Source of the DNA: Clostridia bacterium
Lineage (GTDB): Bacteria > Bacillota > Clostridia > Oscillospirales > CAG-272
Assembly: GCA_017501545.1 (NCBI GenBank)
Contig: JAFVWS010000023.1
Coordinates: forward strand, 31,967-95,966
Direction: 5' to 3'
Length of the DNA: 64,000 nt
In this document: positions 18,919-29,176 of the stretch, one piece after another
Numbering within the stretch: position 1 is the first letter of the stretch
How the letters are laid out: every line of letters begins with the position of its first letter
Translations under genes and position numbers: made by a program
Notes under the pieces: generated by a model
What the model was told of the DNA's origin: nothing
Seen by the model: the letters and a program-made list of their open reading frames with translations, nothing else
Databases searched by the model: none

Positions 18919-19845
18919 TTAGTTGTTTTCTGGCTTTTTGTTTCTTCTTTTGTTTTCGCAGGTGATTACAATCTTACGGTTGTCATCATATCCAACGGAA
19001 TGGGTTGAAACACCCTCTACCTTTTGAATTTCAGAGTGAATAATCATTCTCTCGTATGGGTTCATTGGCTCAAGAAGCACGTTTCTTTGATACTTGAGAG
19101 CCTTCTGTGCCATTCTTCTTGCGAGCGCACGAAGTGTTGCCTCTCTCTTTTCTCTGTAATTCTCAATGTCAATAATAACCCTTACGTATTCCTTATGCTC
19201 GCCCTCGCTCTTGCGTGCTAAGCAAAGGTTTGAAAGGTATTGAAGTGCGTCAAGCATTTCGCCTCTGTGGCCGATTAGGCTTGGTGCGTCCTCTCCCTCA
19301 ATTGTGATAAGACGTGAAACAAAGCCCTTTTCATTAACGCTCATATCTCCCTTAACCTCGCAGTTAAAGCCGATATCAGAAATGAAGCCCTTTAAGAAGT
19401 TAATTGCAAGCTCCTTTTCCTTTGCTGTTACGTTAATGCTTTCTTCCTTTTCCTCCATAGTAGGAATTGACTGCGTCTTTTCCTCACGAGGTGCTTGTGT
19501 CTTTTGTTGTTTTTCGTTAGCAGGCTTTTGAGCTTGCTTATTCTCTTGCTTTGGAGCCTTATTCTCCTGCTTTGGAGCCTTCTTTACTTGCTCCTTTTCT
19601 TGGGTCTTTTGTTGCTTATTTTCAGCTTTTGGCTTATCCTGTGTCTCTTTTTGTGGCTTTCTTTCCGGCTTGCCGTCGTCAACAATTACCTTGATTTCTG
19701 CAAGCACGCGGCCGAATCCCAAAAAGCCCTTTTTGCCAGGATTGATAACCTCAATTGAAATCTCACCCAAGGAAGAATATATGTCGTTTGCCTTAGCATA
19801 CGCTTCTTCTACTGTTTTTGCTTGAAGTATGTGTTCGCTTCTCAT
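18919..19845 (-). CDS. jag: Jag/KhpB RNA-binding protein (Jag_N, KH, R3H) with a K/Q/E-rich low-complexity insert
   Basis: R3H-type C-terminus LEPMNPYERMIIHSEI..., N-terminal Jag_N-like domain, and position downstream of yidC. Confidence 0.85.
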   Translation of the reverse strand: MRSEHILQAKTVEEAYAKANDIYSSLGEISIEVINPGKKGFLGFGRVLAEIKVIVDDGKPERKPQKETQDKPKAENKQQKTQEKEQVKKAPKQENKAPKQENKQAQKPANEKQQKTQAPREEKTQSIPTMEEKEESINVTAKEKELAINFLKGFISDIGFNCEVKGDMSVNEKGFVSRLITIEGEDAPSLIGHRGEMLDALQYLSNLCLARKSEGEHKEYVRVIIDIENYREKREATLRALARRMAQKALKYQRNVLLEPMNPYERMIIHSEIQKVEGVSTHSVGYDDNRKIVITCENKRRNKKPENN

Positions 19846-19862
19846 ATTCTATTCCTTTTATA

Positions 19863-20954
19863 TTAATCTTCGTCGTCATCAATATGGTGAAGTGACTTAT
19901 ATGGAGCCGTTTCGCCATTGTTATAAACTATATCAGGTCGCTTGCTTTGACCACGCTTTGCGTCCTTCATTTCCTTTTCCATACGCTTTAAGTCCTCCTC
20001 GGTGTACTTCGGATACTTAAATATTCTTGAAAGGATGAATTGCTGTAGCATTGAAAGCAAGGTTCTGAAAATCCAGTAAATACCTACTGCGCCAGGTGTT
20101 AAGAATGTGAAGAACAAGGTCATAAGTGGCATACCCCACATCATAATCTTCATTGAGTTCATCATTCCGCCAGCGCCAGGCTGCTGTTGCTCTTGTTGTG
20201 GTGGTTGATATGAAAGCTTTCTTGAAATGAACTGTGCAAGGTAGGTAAGACCAAGGTTTACAAATGGAATCAAAAGTAAGAACCAAAGTGACCAGTCTGC
20301 AAAGGTTTGCCATGGGAATTGACCAAGGTTTTGTCCAAACAACGTTACGTTTGGAATATCGTCTGCGCGTGTAATGAGATAATGAAGCGCCTCGCCAGCC
20401 TCTTCGCTAGATACTGAAACCTTACCTGCCTCAAAGCCAGTTAGGATTTGGTCAAGCTCAGCTTTACCAGCGTCGCTTGTAAGCATTTCTCTGATTTCCT
20501 CAGAGATATAAACCTCTTTACCGCTTCTCATATTGTCAGGAATTCTGCCCGCATGGTCGAAGCACGCAACGATGTTTTCGCAAACACCCTTAGGAATTTC
20601 TGCAATAAAGCGAAGTGGGTTAATTACAACTGTGAAAAGTGGGAATACGATAATGAGCTGTAAAAGCATTGGCAAGCATCCCTTAAGTGGGCTGTAGCCC
20701 TCCTTTTGATAAAGCTCCATTATCTCGTTTTGCATTTTTTGTTGGGTAGCACGGTCTGTTCTGCCCGCGTACTTTTTACGAATGATGTACTCCATTGGGC
20801 GCATCTTCGCTTGCTTTACCATGTTTCTTTGTTGGATAATTCCAAAAGGACAAAGCAAAAGCTGCATAAGTAGCGCAAATAGCAAGATTGCGATAACATA
20901 GTTATCTGTCAAATCATAGCACCAGCTAAGCACCTTACCGAATAAAAAATTCAT
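19863..20954 (-). CDS. yidC: Membrane protein insertase YidC/SpoIIIJ
   Basis: Conserved MQ..QP....I..KY motifs, [22 protein letters not shown]. Synteny with rnpA-yidD. Confidence 0.9.
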   Translation of the reverse strand: MNFLFGKVLSWCYDLTDNYVIAILLFALLMQLLLCPFGIIQQRNMVKQAKMRPMEYIIRKKYAGRTDRATQQKMQNEIMELYQKEGYSPLKGCLPMLLQLIIVFPLFTVVINPLRFIAEIPKGVCENIVACFDHAGRIPDNMRSGKEVYISEEIREMLTSDAGKAELDQILTGFEAGKVSVSSEEAGEALHYLITRADDIPNVTLFGQNLGQFPWQTFADWSLWFLLLIPFVNLGLTYLAQFISRKLSYQPPQQEQQQPGAGGMMNSMKIMMWGMPLMTLFFTFLTPGAVGIYWIFRTLLSMLQQFILSRIFKYPKYTEEDLKRMEKEMKDAKRGQSKRPDIVYNNGETAPYKSLHHIDDDED

Positions 20955-21211
20955 TGTTCGTTATCTTCTCCTTTGAATTTCTGTCTTTTAAAGGTAAATT
21001 TGTCAGGCACGGGGTCATATCCACCACGGCAGAATGGATTGCACCTAAGCAGTCTATATCCACCAAGGAGTGAGCCCCTTATTGCACCAAATTTCTCAAT
21101 TGCCTCCATTGCATATTCCGAGCAGGTCGGAGTAAAGCGGCAGGCAGGTGGAAAAAGTGGTGATATTACCTTTTTATAACCTTTTAAAAAAAAGATAAGT
21201 ATTTTCTTCAT
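20951..21211 (-). CDS. yidD: Membrane protein insertion efficiency factor YidD
   Basis: [23 protein letters not shown] motif. 4-nt overlaps with both neighbours. Confidence 0.85.
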   Translation of the reverse strand: MKKILIFFLKGYKKVISPLFPPACRFTPTCSEYAMEAIEKFGAIRGSLLGGYRLLRCNPFCRGGYDPVPDKFTFKRQKFKGEDNEQ

Positions 21212-21585
21212 ACGTTAATCAAATTAAGAGCCTTAAATGCTCTTTCAATATCGCAGGCTATATCCTGCGTCTTGGCAAGCACACAAGCTTGTCTTGCCAC
21301 TAAGACAATCAAATTGCCCTTCTTTGTTTCATATTTTTTCTCTGTTTGTCTTAAGCCCTCACGCAAAATTCTTTTCACCCTGTTTCTTATATGCGCCTTT
21401 CCAAGCTTTTTGGAAACCGTAAGTCCAACTCTGTTAACGTACTCCCTTTGTGGGTGTGCATTCATTAATTTTTTAGCCTTTAGGTCGCGCAAAACGTACA
21501 CAATTACGTTTTTGCCAACGAATTTTTGTCCCTTTGCGTAGGTTTTCGAGTATAAGTGATTTTCACTGATTGCTATATGCTTCAT
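21208..21585 (-). CDS. rnpA: Ribonuclease P protein component
   Basis: Basic ~125-aa protein with the RNR-type motif ([14 protein letters not shown]), downstream of rpmH. Confidence 0.9.
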   Translation of the reverse strand: MKHIAISENHLYSKTYAKGQKFVGKNVIVYVLRDLKAKKLMNAHPQREYVNRVGLTVSKKLGKAHIRNRVKRILREGLRQTEKKYETKKGNLIVLVARQACVLAKTQDIACDIERAFKALNLINV

Positions 21586-21761
21586 AACCGCTTCCTCCGT
21601 TTTGTAAATATCTCATTTACATTGCAGGCTAACCCCTGCACCTTTTTCCATCACGATTACTATGTGACATTTTCCCAGTCACTTAAGGGGCGACACTGTC
21701 GCTTAATGAAAAATCGGGACTTGCACAGTTGCAGTCCCGAATCTAAAGCATGCGCAATTAA

Positions 21762-21896
21762 TTAGTAAGTAAGTCTTGCTCTGCCCTTAGCGCGTCTTCT
21801 TTTCAAAACCTTTCTGCCGTCAGCAGTTCTCATTCTCTTTCTGAAGCCGTGCTCTTTCTTTCTTTGACGCTTCTTTGGTTGGTAAGTTCTTAACAT
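21762..21896 (-). CDS. rpmH: 50S ribosomal protein L34 (below the ORF-track size cut-off)
   Basis: Manual translation: [44 protein letters not shown]. Confidence 0.9.
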   Translation of the reverse strand: MLRTYQPKKRQRKKEHGFRKRMRTADGRKVLKRRRAKGRARLTY

Positions 21897-21981
21897 ATTA
21901 GCACCTCCTTGTTTCAAATTGGAAGTCGTAATGAATACGCAATCTGAATACTTTTTCTCGATAGTTTTTAAGACAAGTTAT

Positions 21982-22010
21982 ATTATACACACGAGTAATG
22001 GTTTTGTCAA
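21982..22010 (-). promoter_or_regulatory. Sigma-A promoter of rpmH-rnpA
   Basis: Minus strand TTGACA (22010-22005), 17 nt, TATAAT (21987-21982). Confidence 0.6.
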
Positions 22011-22069
22011 GTGTTTTTTTCGGCAAATGTAGTTTTTTGTGCTGTCGAGGCAATTTTAGCCCCATTTTT

Positions 22070-24115
22070 TCAGCGTCCTGTTTTTTTATTTTTGCCGAGG
22101 GAGTGTCTGTTTTTAGGGGTGCTTTGCATTTTTTTCGTTCCTTGTAATTTTACTTGATTTTTAGGTGATTTTTTTGCATTTTTCGGTGTATTTTTTAAGT
22201 TTTTTTGATTGCTTTTGCTTTTTTGCGTGTCATTTGAGTTGCTATTTTTGCTTGGCGCCCTTTTCGGTGTGTTCTTATTATTTGCCACCGTTTCCCTCTG
22301 ATATTCACTGCCAACGCGCATATCTGGCTTAACCAAGCAATTATTTCCGAAGCCTATCAAATCCTCGCGTCCTGCCAAGATTAGCGCCTCTCTTACAAGG
22401 TTTCTGTTTTCCGGACGTCTATACTGCAAAAGCGCCCTTTGCATTAGCTTTTCGCGATAGTCAGTAGGACAGTAAACCTCCTTGCCGTCAAGTGGATTTA
22501 TGCCTGTGTAGTACATAACCGTTGAGGCTGTACCTGGCGTTGGATAAAAGTCCTGCACCTGCTCAGGGTTTAGTCCTAAATCCTTTAAATATAATGCAAG
22601 CTCAACTGCATCGCAGGGCGTGCTTCCTGGGTGAGATGACATAAGGTAAGGAACCAAATACTGCTCAAGCCCGTATTCCTTGCATAGCGCAAAGTATTTC
22701 TCGCGAAATTTATCGTAAACCTTAACGTCTGGCTTGCCCATATACTTAAGTACTCCACTTGAGCAATGCTCTGGTGCGACCTTAAGCTGACCGCTTACGT
22801 GGTCACGAACTAATTTTCTAAAAAATTCATCGCTCTTGTCGTAAATCATGTAGTCAAAGCGAATGCCCGAGCGAATGAATACCTTTTTAACCTTAGGTAG
22901 CTCCTCTATTCTCTTCAAAAGCTCTATGTATTCGGAGTGATCAACCTCCAAATTCGGACACGGGGTCGGGGCTAAGCACTTTCTTGTGGTGCAAACTCCG
23001 TCCTTTAATTGCTTCTTACAGGCAGGGTATCTAAAGTTGGCTGTTGGGCCTCCAACATCATGTATATAGCCCTTAAAGTCCTTCATTTCAGTTATAATTT
23101 TCGCCTCGCTTAGCACGCTTTCGATGCTACGTGAGCGTACGCTTCTTCCTTGGTGAAACGCAAGCGCACAGAAGTTACAGCCACCGAAGCAGCCTCGGTT
23201 GTGGGTAAGTGAAAACTTAACCTCGCTAATTGCCGGCACGCCACCCTTTGCCTCGTAAGAGGGATGATATGTCCTCATATAAGGAAGTGCATAAACCTTA
23301 TCAAGCTCCTCTCTTTCCAAAGGAAAGGCAGGGGGATTCTGCACGAGCTTTTTGTTGTCGTAGTATTCAACAATCGCCTTGCCGTTTATCGCGTCTTGAT
23401 TTTTATACTGTATTCCAAAGGCACGCGCATATTCACGCTTGTCCTCTTTGATTTTGTTGTAGTCAAGCTCGCAAGCTACCTGGAAGTGTACCTCATCCTC
23501 TGGCTTGCAAAGATATACACAGCCACGCTCAGCACGGATTTTCTTTATAGGCACGCCCTTGTCAAGAAGCTTAGCAATTCTAAGAATTATATTCTCGCCC
23601 ATACCATAGGTTAAAATATCGGCGCGAGAGTCAACCAAGATCGACCTTCTAATCTTATTGTCCCAGTAATCATAGTGGGCAAAGCGACGCAGTGACGCCT
23701 CAAGTCCGCCGATGATAATCGGCACGTCACCATAAGCCTCACGAATTCTATTGCAGTAAACTATTACGGCGCGGTCAGGGCGCTTGCCAGCCTCGCCACC
23801 TGCTGAATAGTAGTCGTATGAGCGCTTCTTTTTCGATGCTGTATAATGCGCAACCATTGAGTCAATGTTGCCTGCGCTTACTAAAAATCCAAGCCTTGGC
23901 TTGCCAAATTTTTTAAACTCCTCACAGCTTTTATAATCCGGCTGTGCAAGAAATGCAACCCTAAAGCCTGCATTTTCCAAGACCCTTGTTATAATTGCCG
24001 CGCCAAAGGAAGGGTGGTCAACATACGCATCACCATTTACATATACAAAATCAACCTCGTCCCAGCCACGGCTAAGACATTCATTTTTTGTTATAGGCAA
24101 AAAATTATTTTCCAT
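22070..24115 (-). CDS. ygiQ: YgiQ-family (UPF0313) radical SAM protein with a Lys/Asn-rich C-terminal tail
   Basis: [10 protein letters not shown]...[18 protein letters not shown]-terminus, radical [11 protein letters not shown]. Start ATG 24115 has the GGAGAGGG RBS. Confidence 0.85.
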   Translation of the reverse strand: MENNFLPITKNECLSRGWDEVDFVYVNGDAYVDHPSFGAAIITRVLENAGFRVAFLAQPDYKSCEEFKKFGKPRLGFLVSAGNIDSMVAHYTASKKKRSYDYYSAGGEAGKRPDRAVIVYCNRIREAYGDVPIIIGGLEASLRRFAHYDYWDNKIRRSILVDSRADILTYGMGENIILRIAKLLDKGVPIKKIRAERGCVYLCKPEDEVHFQVACELDYNKIKEDKREYARAFGIQYKNQDAINGKAIVEYYDNKKLVQNPPAFPLEREELDKVYALPYMRTYHPSYEAKGGVPAISEVKFSLTHNRGCFGGCNFCALAFHQGRSVRSRSIESVLSEAKIITEMKDFKGYIHDVGGPTANFRYPACKKQLKDGVCTTRKCLAPTPCPNLEVDHSEYIELLKRIEELPKVKKVFIRSGIRFDYMIYDKSDEFFRKLVRDHVSGQLKVAPEHCSSGVLKYMGKPDVKVYDKFREKYFALCKEYGLEQYLVPYLMSSHPGSTPCDAVELALYLKDLGLNPEQVQDFYPTPGTASTVMYYTGINPLDGKEVYCPTDYREKLMQRALLQYRRPENRNLVREALILAGREDLIGFGNNCLVKPDMRVGSEYQRETVANNKNTPKRAPSKNSNSNDTQKSKSNQKNLKNTPKNAKKSPKNQVKLQGTKKMQSTPKNRHSLGKNKKTGR

Positions 24116-24218
24116 TTCCCTCTCCTTTTGGTGTTTTTTAGACACAGGGGTCGTTATTTTTAAAATTTAGCCTCCCTTTTTAGGAAGGCTAAATGTGCTT
24201 TTTTTAGATAGCTTGTCC

Positions 24219-24512
24219 TTATTCCTCTTCGTCGTAATCGTCGTATTCGGAGTCAAGCTGAGATAAAACCTCGTTAGCAACAAGCTCGTTATCCACGTAT
24301 GTTAGGCAGTCCTGCTCCTCGTCGATAAAGAACACGTGTGCCTCTCCCTCAAGGGTTTCCTCATTTACTAAAACTGCATAACAGCCGTGGTCGGTTTCAA
24401 CAACTGCAACCTGCTCAAACTTATAGGTCTTGTTGTCCTCACCAACAATTTCAATTGGCTCAAAGTTATCCTCGTCAAAGAGTCTGTCGATATATCTATC
24501 GTATTTTTTCAT
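24219..24512 (-). CDS. DUF1292 (UPF0473) family protein
   Basis: Acidic small protein with YKFEQVAVVETDHGCYAVLV...VFFIDEE, typical of DUF1292. The start at 24512 lies just after the dnaB stop. Confidence 0.7.
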   Translation of the reverse strand: MKKYDRYIDRLFDEDNFEPIEIVGEDNKTYKFEQVAVVETDHGCYAVLVNEETLEGEAHVFFIDEEQDCLTYVDNELVANEVLSQLDSEYDDYDEEE

Positions 24513-24516
24513 AATT

Positions 24517-25854
24517 CTATTCCTCGCTAATATCAGTTTCAAGTGTTGAGAACTTGGTGTATTGACCAAGCCAGCTCATTTTTACCGTGCCAAGTCCACC
24601 GTGACGGTTTTTAGCAACGATAACGTCAACAAGATTCGCCTTGTCTGGGTCCTTTCCGTAATAGTCACGGGAAAGGAATATAACCATATCCGCATCCTGC
24701 TCGATAGAGCCAGAGTCACGAAGGTCAGAAAGCATTGGCTGTCTCTCCTTCTCCTTTTCAGTTCCACGAGAAAGCTGTGAACAAGTAATAACAGGAACGT
24801 CAAGCTCCATAGCTAATTTCTTAAGACCTCTTGAAATGTCGGCGATTTCGTTTACACGGGAGCCGTCCTTTCTTGATTTCTCGCTTTCCATAAGCTGTAG
24901 GTAGTCGACAACTACAAGTCCAAGATTTTTTACACGTCTTAGCTTTGCCTTCATACCTGTGATTGATACGTCTGTGGTATCATCAATATAAATATTTGTC
25001 TCAGTCAAAACAGAGGTTGCGTTTGCAATGTTATCCCAATCGCGTGGCTCAAGCTTTCCTGTGCGAAGCTTTTGTGCATCAACAAGCGCCTCTGATGAAA
25101 TAATTCTTGAAACAAGCTGCTCGTTTGACATCTCAAGGGAGAAAATGCAAACCGCCTTCTTTGACCTTTTGGCTACATTTGTTGCAAGGTTAAGACAGAA
25201 TGATGTCTTACCTACACCAGGACGGGCGCCAACAATAATCAAGCTCCCCTTTCCAAGTCCTACAACAACCTTATCAAGGTCTGAGTAGCCCGTCTTTTGA
25301 CCAAGCGCCTCCTCGCCCTGATCCTTTTGAAGCTCATTTAAGCGATTATAGGTTTCAACTATAACGTCCTTAATATGAACGAAATCTCTTTTTTCATTCT
25401 TCTGTGCAATTTCAAACACTCTTTGCTCAGCAACATCTACGATGTTCTCAACGGAATCGCCCTCGGAATATGCATCCCTTTGAATAGCATCGGACGCCTC
25501 AATAAGACGTCTTAAAATGCTCTTATCATAAACTATCTTTGCATAGTCCTTGGCATTTGCACTTGTTGGAATAATATCAACAAGAAGCTTAATGTATGAG
25601 CGTGCCGCCGCCTCATCCTCATAAACGCCGTTTGAAACAAGCGCATTTACAAGAGTAACAACGTCAATTGGCTTAGAATGGAATTTGAAATCATACATTG
25701 TGCCAAATATTTCTCTGTGAATTTCAAGGTAGAAATCATCTGCCCTTACAATTTGCGCAACGTCGTCAAAGCACTCTGGGTCTATGATAATAGAGCCAAG
25801 CACGCTTTGCTCTGCATCGAGAGAATATGGCATTTTCTTTTGCAAAATATCCAT
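24517..25854 (-). CDS. dnaB: Replicative DNA helicase
   Basis: PYSLDAEQSVLGS N-terminus, Walker A GARPGVGKT, VVVDYLQLM, SQLSR, KNRHG motifs. Confidence 0.93.
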   Translation of the reverse strand: MDILQKKMPYSLDAEQSVLGSIIIDPECFDDVAQIVRADDFYLEIHREIFGTMYDFKFHSKPIDVVTLVNALVSNGVYEDEAAARSYIKLLVDIIPTSANAKDYAKIVYDKSILRRLIEASDAIQRDAYSEGDSVENIVDVAEQRVFEIAQKNEKRDFVHIKDVIVETYNRLNELQKDQGEEALGQKTGYSDLDKVVVGLGKGSLIIVGARPGVGKTSFCLNLATNVAKRSKKAVCIFSLEMSNEQLVSRIISSEALVDAQKLRTGKLEPRDWDNIANATSVLTETNIYIDDTTDVSITGMKAKLRRVKNLGLVVVDYLQLMESEKSRKDGSRVNEIADISRGLKKLAMELDVPVITCSQLSRGTEKEKERQPMLSDLRDSGSIEQDADMVIFLSRDYYGKDPDKANLVDVIVAKNRHGGLGTVKMSWLGQYTKFSTLETDISEE

Positions 25855-25863
25855 CTTATTCTC

Positions 25864-26310
25864 CTATTTTTCGCAAACTGAAACAGTAACCTTACCGCAA
25901 ATTTCCTGATAAAGCTTAATATCAACCTTGTATGAGCCAAACGCCTTTATAGGTGCATCAAGCACGATTTTTCTCTTGTCAACCTCAATGCCAAACTGAG
26001 ACTTAAGCGCCTCGGCAATATCCTTTGAGGTAACAGCACCGTAAAATCTGCCGTCATTTCCACCCTCTGCGGTGATTTTTACTGTTATATCATTTAGCTT
26101 CTCGGCAGTTTGCTTTGCAGCTTGTCTTTCAAGCTCAATCTTATGTGCCTCGGAGCTTTTTTTGTTCTTTATATCGTTAATCGCCTTGGCATCAGCTGGG
26201 ATTGCGAGCTTCTTTGGGAAAAGAAAGTTTCTTGCATATCCCTCGGAAACCTCAACAATATCGTTTTTCTTACCTTGCGCCTTAACGTCCTGTAATAATA
26301 CTACCTTCAA
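25864..26310 (-). CDS. rplI: 50S ribosomal protein L9
   Basis: MKVVLLQDVKAQGKKNDIVEVSEGYARNFLFPKKLA. Confidence 0.93.
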   Translation of the reverse strand: MKVVLLQDVKAQGKKNDIVEVSEGYARNFLFPKKLAIPADAKAINDIKNKKSSEAHKIELERQAAKQTAEKLNDITVKITAEGGNDGRFYGAVTSKDIAEALKSQFGIEVDKRKIVLDAPIKAFGSYKVDIKLYQEICGKVTVSVCEK

Positions 26311-26312
26311 CC

Positions 26313-28319
26313 TTATACCTCCGGATTGATGTACTCATCAATCGCTTCCTTTAGTGTAAATAGCGTGTCGGCAACGCTTGTACCCTTTACCTGCGCGCCT
26401 GCTGCGTCATAACGGCCACCGCCGTTTAATTTTTCAAGAATAAGCTGTACGTTGATTGTTCCGTTTGAGCGTGCAGAAATGTGAACCACGTTGTCAATTT
26501 GAACAAGAACGAACGAAGCTGAAACATCCTCAAGACCAAGTAGATTATCAGCAACCTTAGCCGCCATAATTCTATCTGAGGCGTCCTTACCGTGAGGATT
26601 TAGCGCAATTGCCATGCAGTTACGATAAATCTCAATCTTTTCACCGAAGGATGCTTCCTTTTTGTAATCTTGAATATTTGATTTAAATAAATCCTGTACG
26701 TTTTCATACGAAGCGCCATTGTCTCTTAGATACATAGCCGCTGCGTGTGTCTTTGTGCCCGCGCCCTTAGTAAAGTGCTTAGTGTCGAGCAAAATGCCCG
26801 CATAAAGTGCGTTAGCCTCCACCTGAAGAGGTGATGTTAGATGAAGCGCCTGCTCCAAAATTTCAGATACGATTTCACTTGCACTTGATGCCGAGGTTTC
26901 GATATACGAAATTATAGGCTCCTTTTGAAACTCTGCAGTTTGACGGTGGTGGTCGATAATTATTATATCGTCAACCATCTTTGCAATATCCTTTGACTCA
27001 AACATATTTGCGTTGTTTACGTCAACGATAACAAGGAGTGTGTCTGCCTTTACAAGGTCAAGACCCTTTGAGGAATCAACGAAAACGTTTTTATATTCGT
27101 CAATATCCTCAAAATGCTTAAGCATTTTCTTTACGTTTATATCTCTAAAGTTTGTTACGATATTAACCTTTGCACCACAGAATTTTGCAAGGCGCGCAAT
27201 ACCAACAGAAGCACCGATTGCGTCGTAGTCTGGGTATGCGTGACCCATAATAATTACGTTTGATGCCTTGGAAATACGACCAACAAGCTCGTTTGCGACA
27301 ACCCGCGCACGCACCTTGGTTCTCTTTTGTACAGCGTTTGTTCTGCCACCGAAGAAAAGAACCTCCTCCTCAAGCTTAACAACAGCCTGGTCACCACCGC
27401 GCTGAAGCGCCATATCAAGCGCCATATGCGCAAGCTTTTCCTTTTCAGAAAGGCTTGCCTCTGCGTTCTTGGCAACACCAATCGAAAGTGTAACAGGAAT
27501 ACTGCCACTACCGAACCTAATATCTCTTACTGTATCAAGAAGCGAGAAGTTGTCGCCTATAAACTTATCAAGGTCCTCCATATTAAAAATGGCAATATAC
27601 TTGTCCTTTTCGTACTCCTTGATAATACCATTTACGCTTTCAACCCATGAGCGAATGATTTTTTCAACCTTAGCAGCAGTCTCACGATAGTTCTCCTGCT
27701 CGTACTGCAAAAGCGCGTCCAAGTTGTCAGCAACGACGTAAGCAACGATTTTTTCCTTGTCCCTTTGAAGCTGCTCAAGCTCTGCTTGCCTTGTCAGGTT
27801 GCGTAGATACAAAAGATAGTAAACCTCAGAAAGGGTGTCTATTTTTGTTTCCTCAACCAAGTAGGTCTGTGCGTTTAAATCAACCCTTATGCTTCTTGCC
27901 TTTTTGGAGATTGTCTCGTCCGTAAATTCGTATGGGAAAATTGAATTTATGTTGGCACCAAGCACCTTTTTCACTCCAAGCTCATTTGAAGCGAATCGGT
28001 TTGACCAAACTATTTTATGGCTTTGGTCACAAATAAACGCAGGCTCATTTGCGAAGTTGATTTTGTCATACATTACGTTTCCAAGCACTGGGCCCTTTTT
28101 TATTTGATGCTCCCTTTTGCCCCTTGACAGAAGCCCAACAAGAAGCCAAATTAAGGCTGTAATCAAGAAATACGATGCTACCGTCAGGGAAATAATAAGC
28201 GCATCAAAGCCATGCACGCCGTAGATTAACGCACAGCCAGCCACAATATGCAAAATAGCTAATAAAGGAAGCACAACTGCAAAAAGCGCGCCCCTTAGTC
28301 CAAATTTATTGTTTTTCAT
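26313..28319 (-). CDS. gdpP: GdpP-like membrane DHH/DHHA1 phosphoesterase (c-di-AMP phosphodiesterase family)
   Basis: Two N-terminal TM helices, PAS-like and degenerate GGDEF regions, DHH (IIIDHH) and DHHA1 (GGGRYDAAGAQ). Conserved gdpP-rplI-dnaB synteny. Confidence 0.8.
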   Translation of the reverse strand: MKNNKFGLRGALFAVVLPLLAILHIVAGCALIYGVHGFDALIISLTVASYFLITALIWLLVGLLSRGKREHQIKKGPVLGNVMYDKINFANEPAFICDQSHKIVWSNRFASNELGVKKVLGANINSIFPYEFTDETISKKARSIRVDLNAQTYLVEETKIDTLSEVYYLLYLRNLTRQAELEQLQRDKEKIVAYVVADNLDALLQYEQENYRETAAKVEKIIRSWVESVNGIIKEYEKDKYIAIFNMEDLDKFIGDNFSLLDTVRDIRFGSGSIPVTLSIGVAKNAEASLSEKEKLAHMALDMALQRGGDQAVVKLEEEVLFFGGRTNAVQKRTKVRARVVANELVGRISKASNVIIMGHAYPDYDAIGASVGIARLAKFCGAKVNIVTNFRDINVKKMLKHFEDIDEYKNVFVDSSKGLDLVKADTLLVIVDVNNANMFESKDIAKMVDDIIIIDHHRQTAEFQKEPIISYIETSASSASEIVSEILEQALHLTSPLQVEANALYAGILLDTKHFTKGAGTKTHAAAMYLRDNGASYENVQDLFKSNIQDYKKEASFGEKIEIYRNCMAIALNPHGKDASDRIMAAKVADNLLGLEDVSASFVLVQIDNVVHISARSNGTINVQLILEKLNGGGRYDAAGAQVKGTSVADTLFTLKEAIDEYINPEV

Positions 28320-28532
28320 AAGAATACCTCCTTCTAAAGAGATTCTTTTTCTGCTAATTTACAATTATAATATATTATAACAGAAAAAGTTATTTTTGTA
28401 AAGTATTTTAATAATATTATTTTCTCTCTTGAAAGTCGGGCTTTTTTATGATATACTTTAGTAAACCAAATTCCGTGCCCGACTTGTGCGGGCTTATCGT
28501 GCGTTATGCGAAAATATTTATGCGAGGTATTT

Positions 28533-29168
28533 ATGTCAAGCATTTTTGATTTATTTAAGAAAATTGAAAAAAAGGAGGAGCCCTCCTTGCCTATTTCCCA
28601 CATTATTGTCGGACTTGGAAACCCTGGTGAGAAGTACCAAAAGACAAGACATAATGCGGGCTTTTTGGCTATTGATTATATCTCGGAAAAATACGGCACG
28701 CGCTGTGACAGGGTCAAGTTCAAGGGCCTTTGTGGTGAAGCTACAATAGGTGGGGTACGTGTGCTACTTCTAAAGCCACAAACCTTTATGAATTTATCTG
28801 GCGAGTCAATTGCTGAGGCTTCAAAATTTTATAAAATTCCGCCAGAAAAAATCATCGTTTTGTCAGACGACGCATCGTTTGACGTTGGCAAGCTACGCAT
28901 AAGAAAAAGCGGCTCGGCAGGTGGGCACAATGGCTTAAAAAGTGTCATAGAGTGTCTGGGATCCGACAAATTTCCACGCATAAAGCTTGGTGTTGGGCAA
29001 AAGCCAAATCCCGACTATGATATTGCCGATTGGGTGCTTGCAAAAATCCCAAGTGAGCTTGAGCCACACCTTTACGATTTATTCACCTGCCTCCCCGATA
29101 TTTTAGCCCTTCTTTTAAAGGGCGAAATTGAAAAGGCAATGTGTGATTTCAACGGTATTTCAAAATAG
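28533..29168 (+). CDS. pth: Peptidyl-tRNA hydrolase
   Basis: IVGLGNPGEKYQKTRHNAGF, GGHNGLKS motifs. ATG 28533 has a GAGGT RBS. Confidence 0.9.
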   Translation: MSSIFDLFKKIEKKEEPSLPISHIIVGLGNPGEKYQKTRHNAGFLAIDYISEKYGTRCDRVKFKGLCGEATIGGVRVLLLKPQTFMNLSGESIAEASKFYKIPPEKIIVLSDDASFDVGKLRIRKSGSAGGHNGLKSVIECLGSDKFPRIKLGVGQKPNPDYDIADWVLAKIPSELEPHLYDLFTCLPDILALLLKGEIEKAMCDFNGISK

Positions 29169-29176
29169 AGGTAATA

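Noticed and set aside
18664-18965. Small ORFs (63-77 aa) downstream of jag.
   Set aside because: They span terminator hairpins and the duplicated jag 3' end. They have no RBS. They are explained by the repeat structure described in the findings.
21897-22069. oriC upstream of rpmH, at the 28.3-28.5 kb strand switch, or in the 43.4-46.7 kb non-coding DNA.
   Set aside because: No dnaA gene is in the window and no cluster of TTATCCACA-like boxes was found by eye. The best single match is ACATCCACA near 45983. The evidence is insufficient to call an origin.
28334-28603. An 89-aa minus-strand ORF and an 87-aa plus-strand ORF in the gdpP/pth intergenic region.
   Set aside because: They overlap the pth start and the promoter region, have AT-rich low-complexity translations and lack RBSs.
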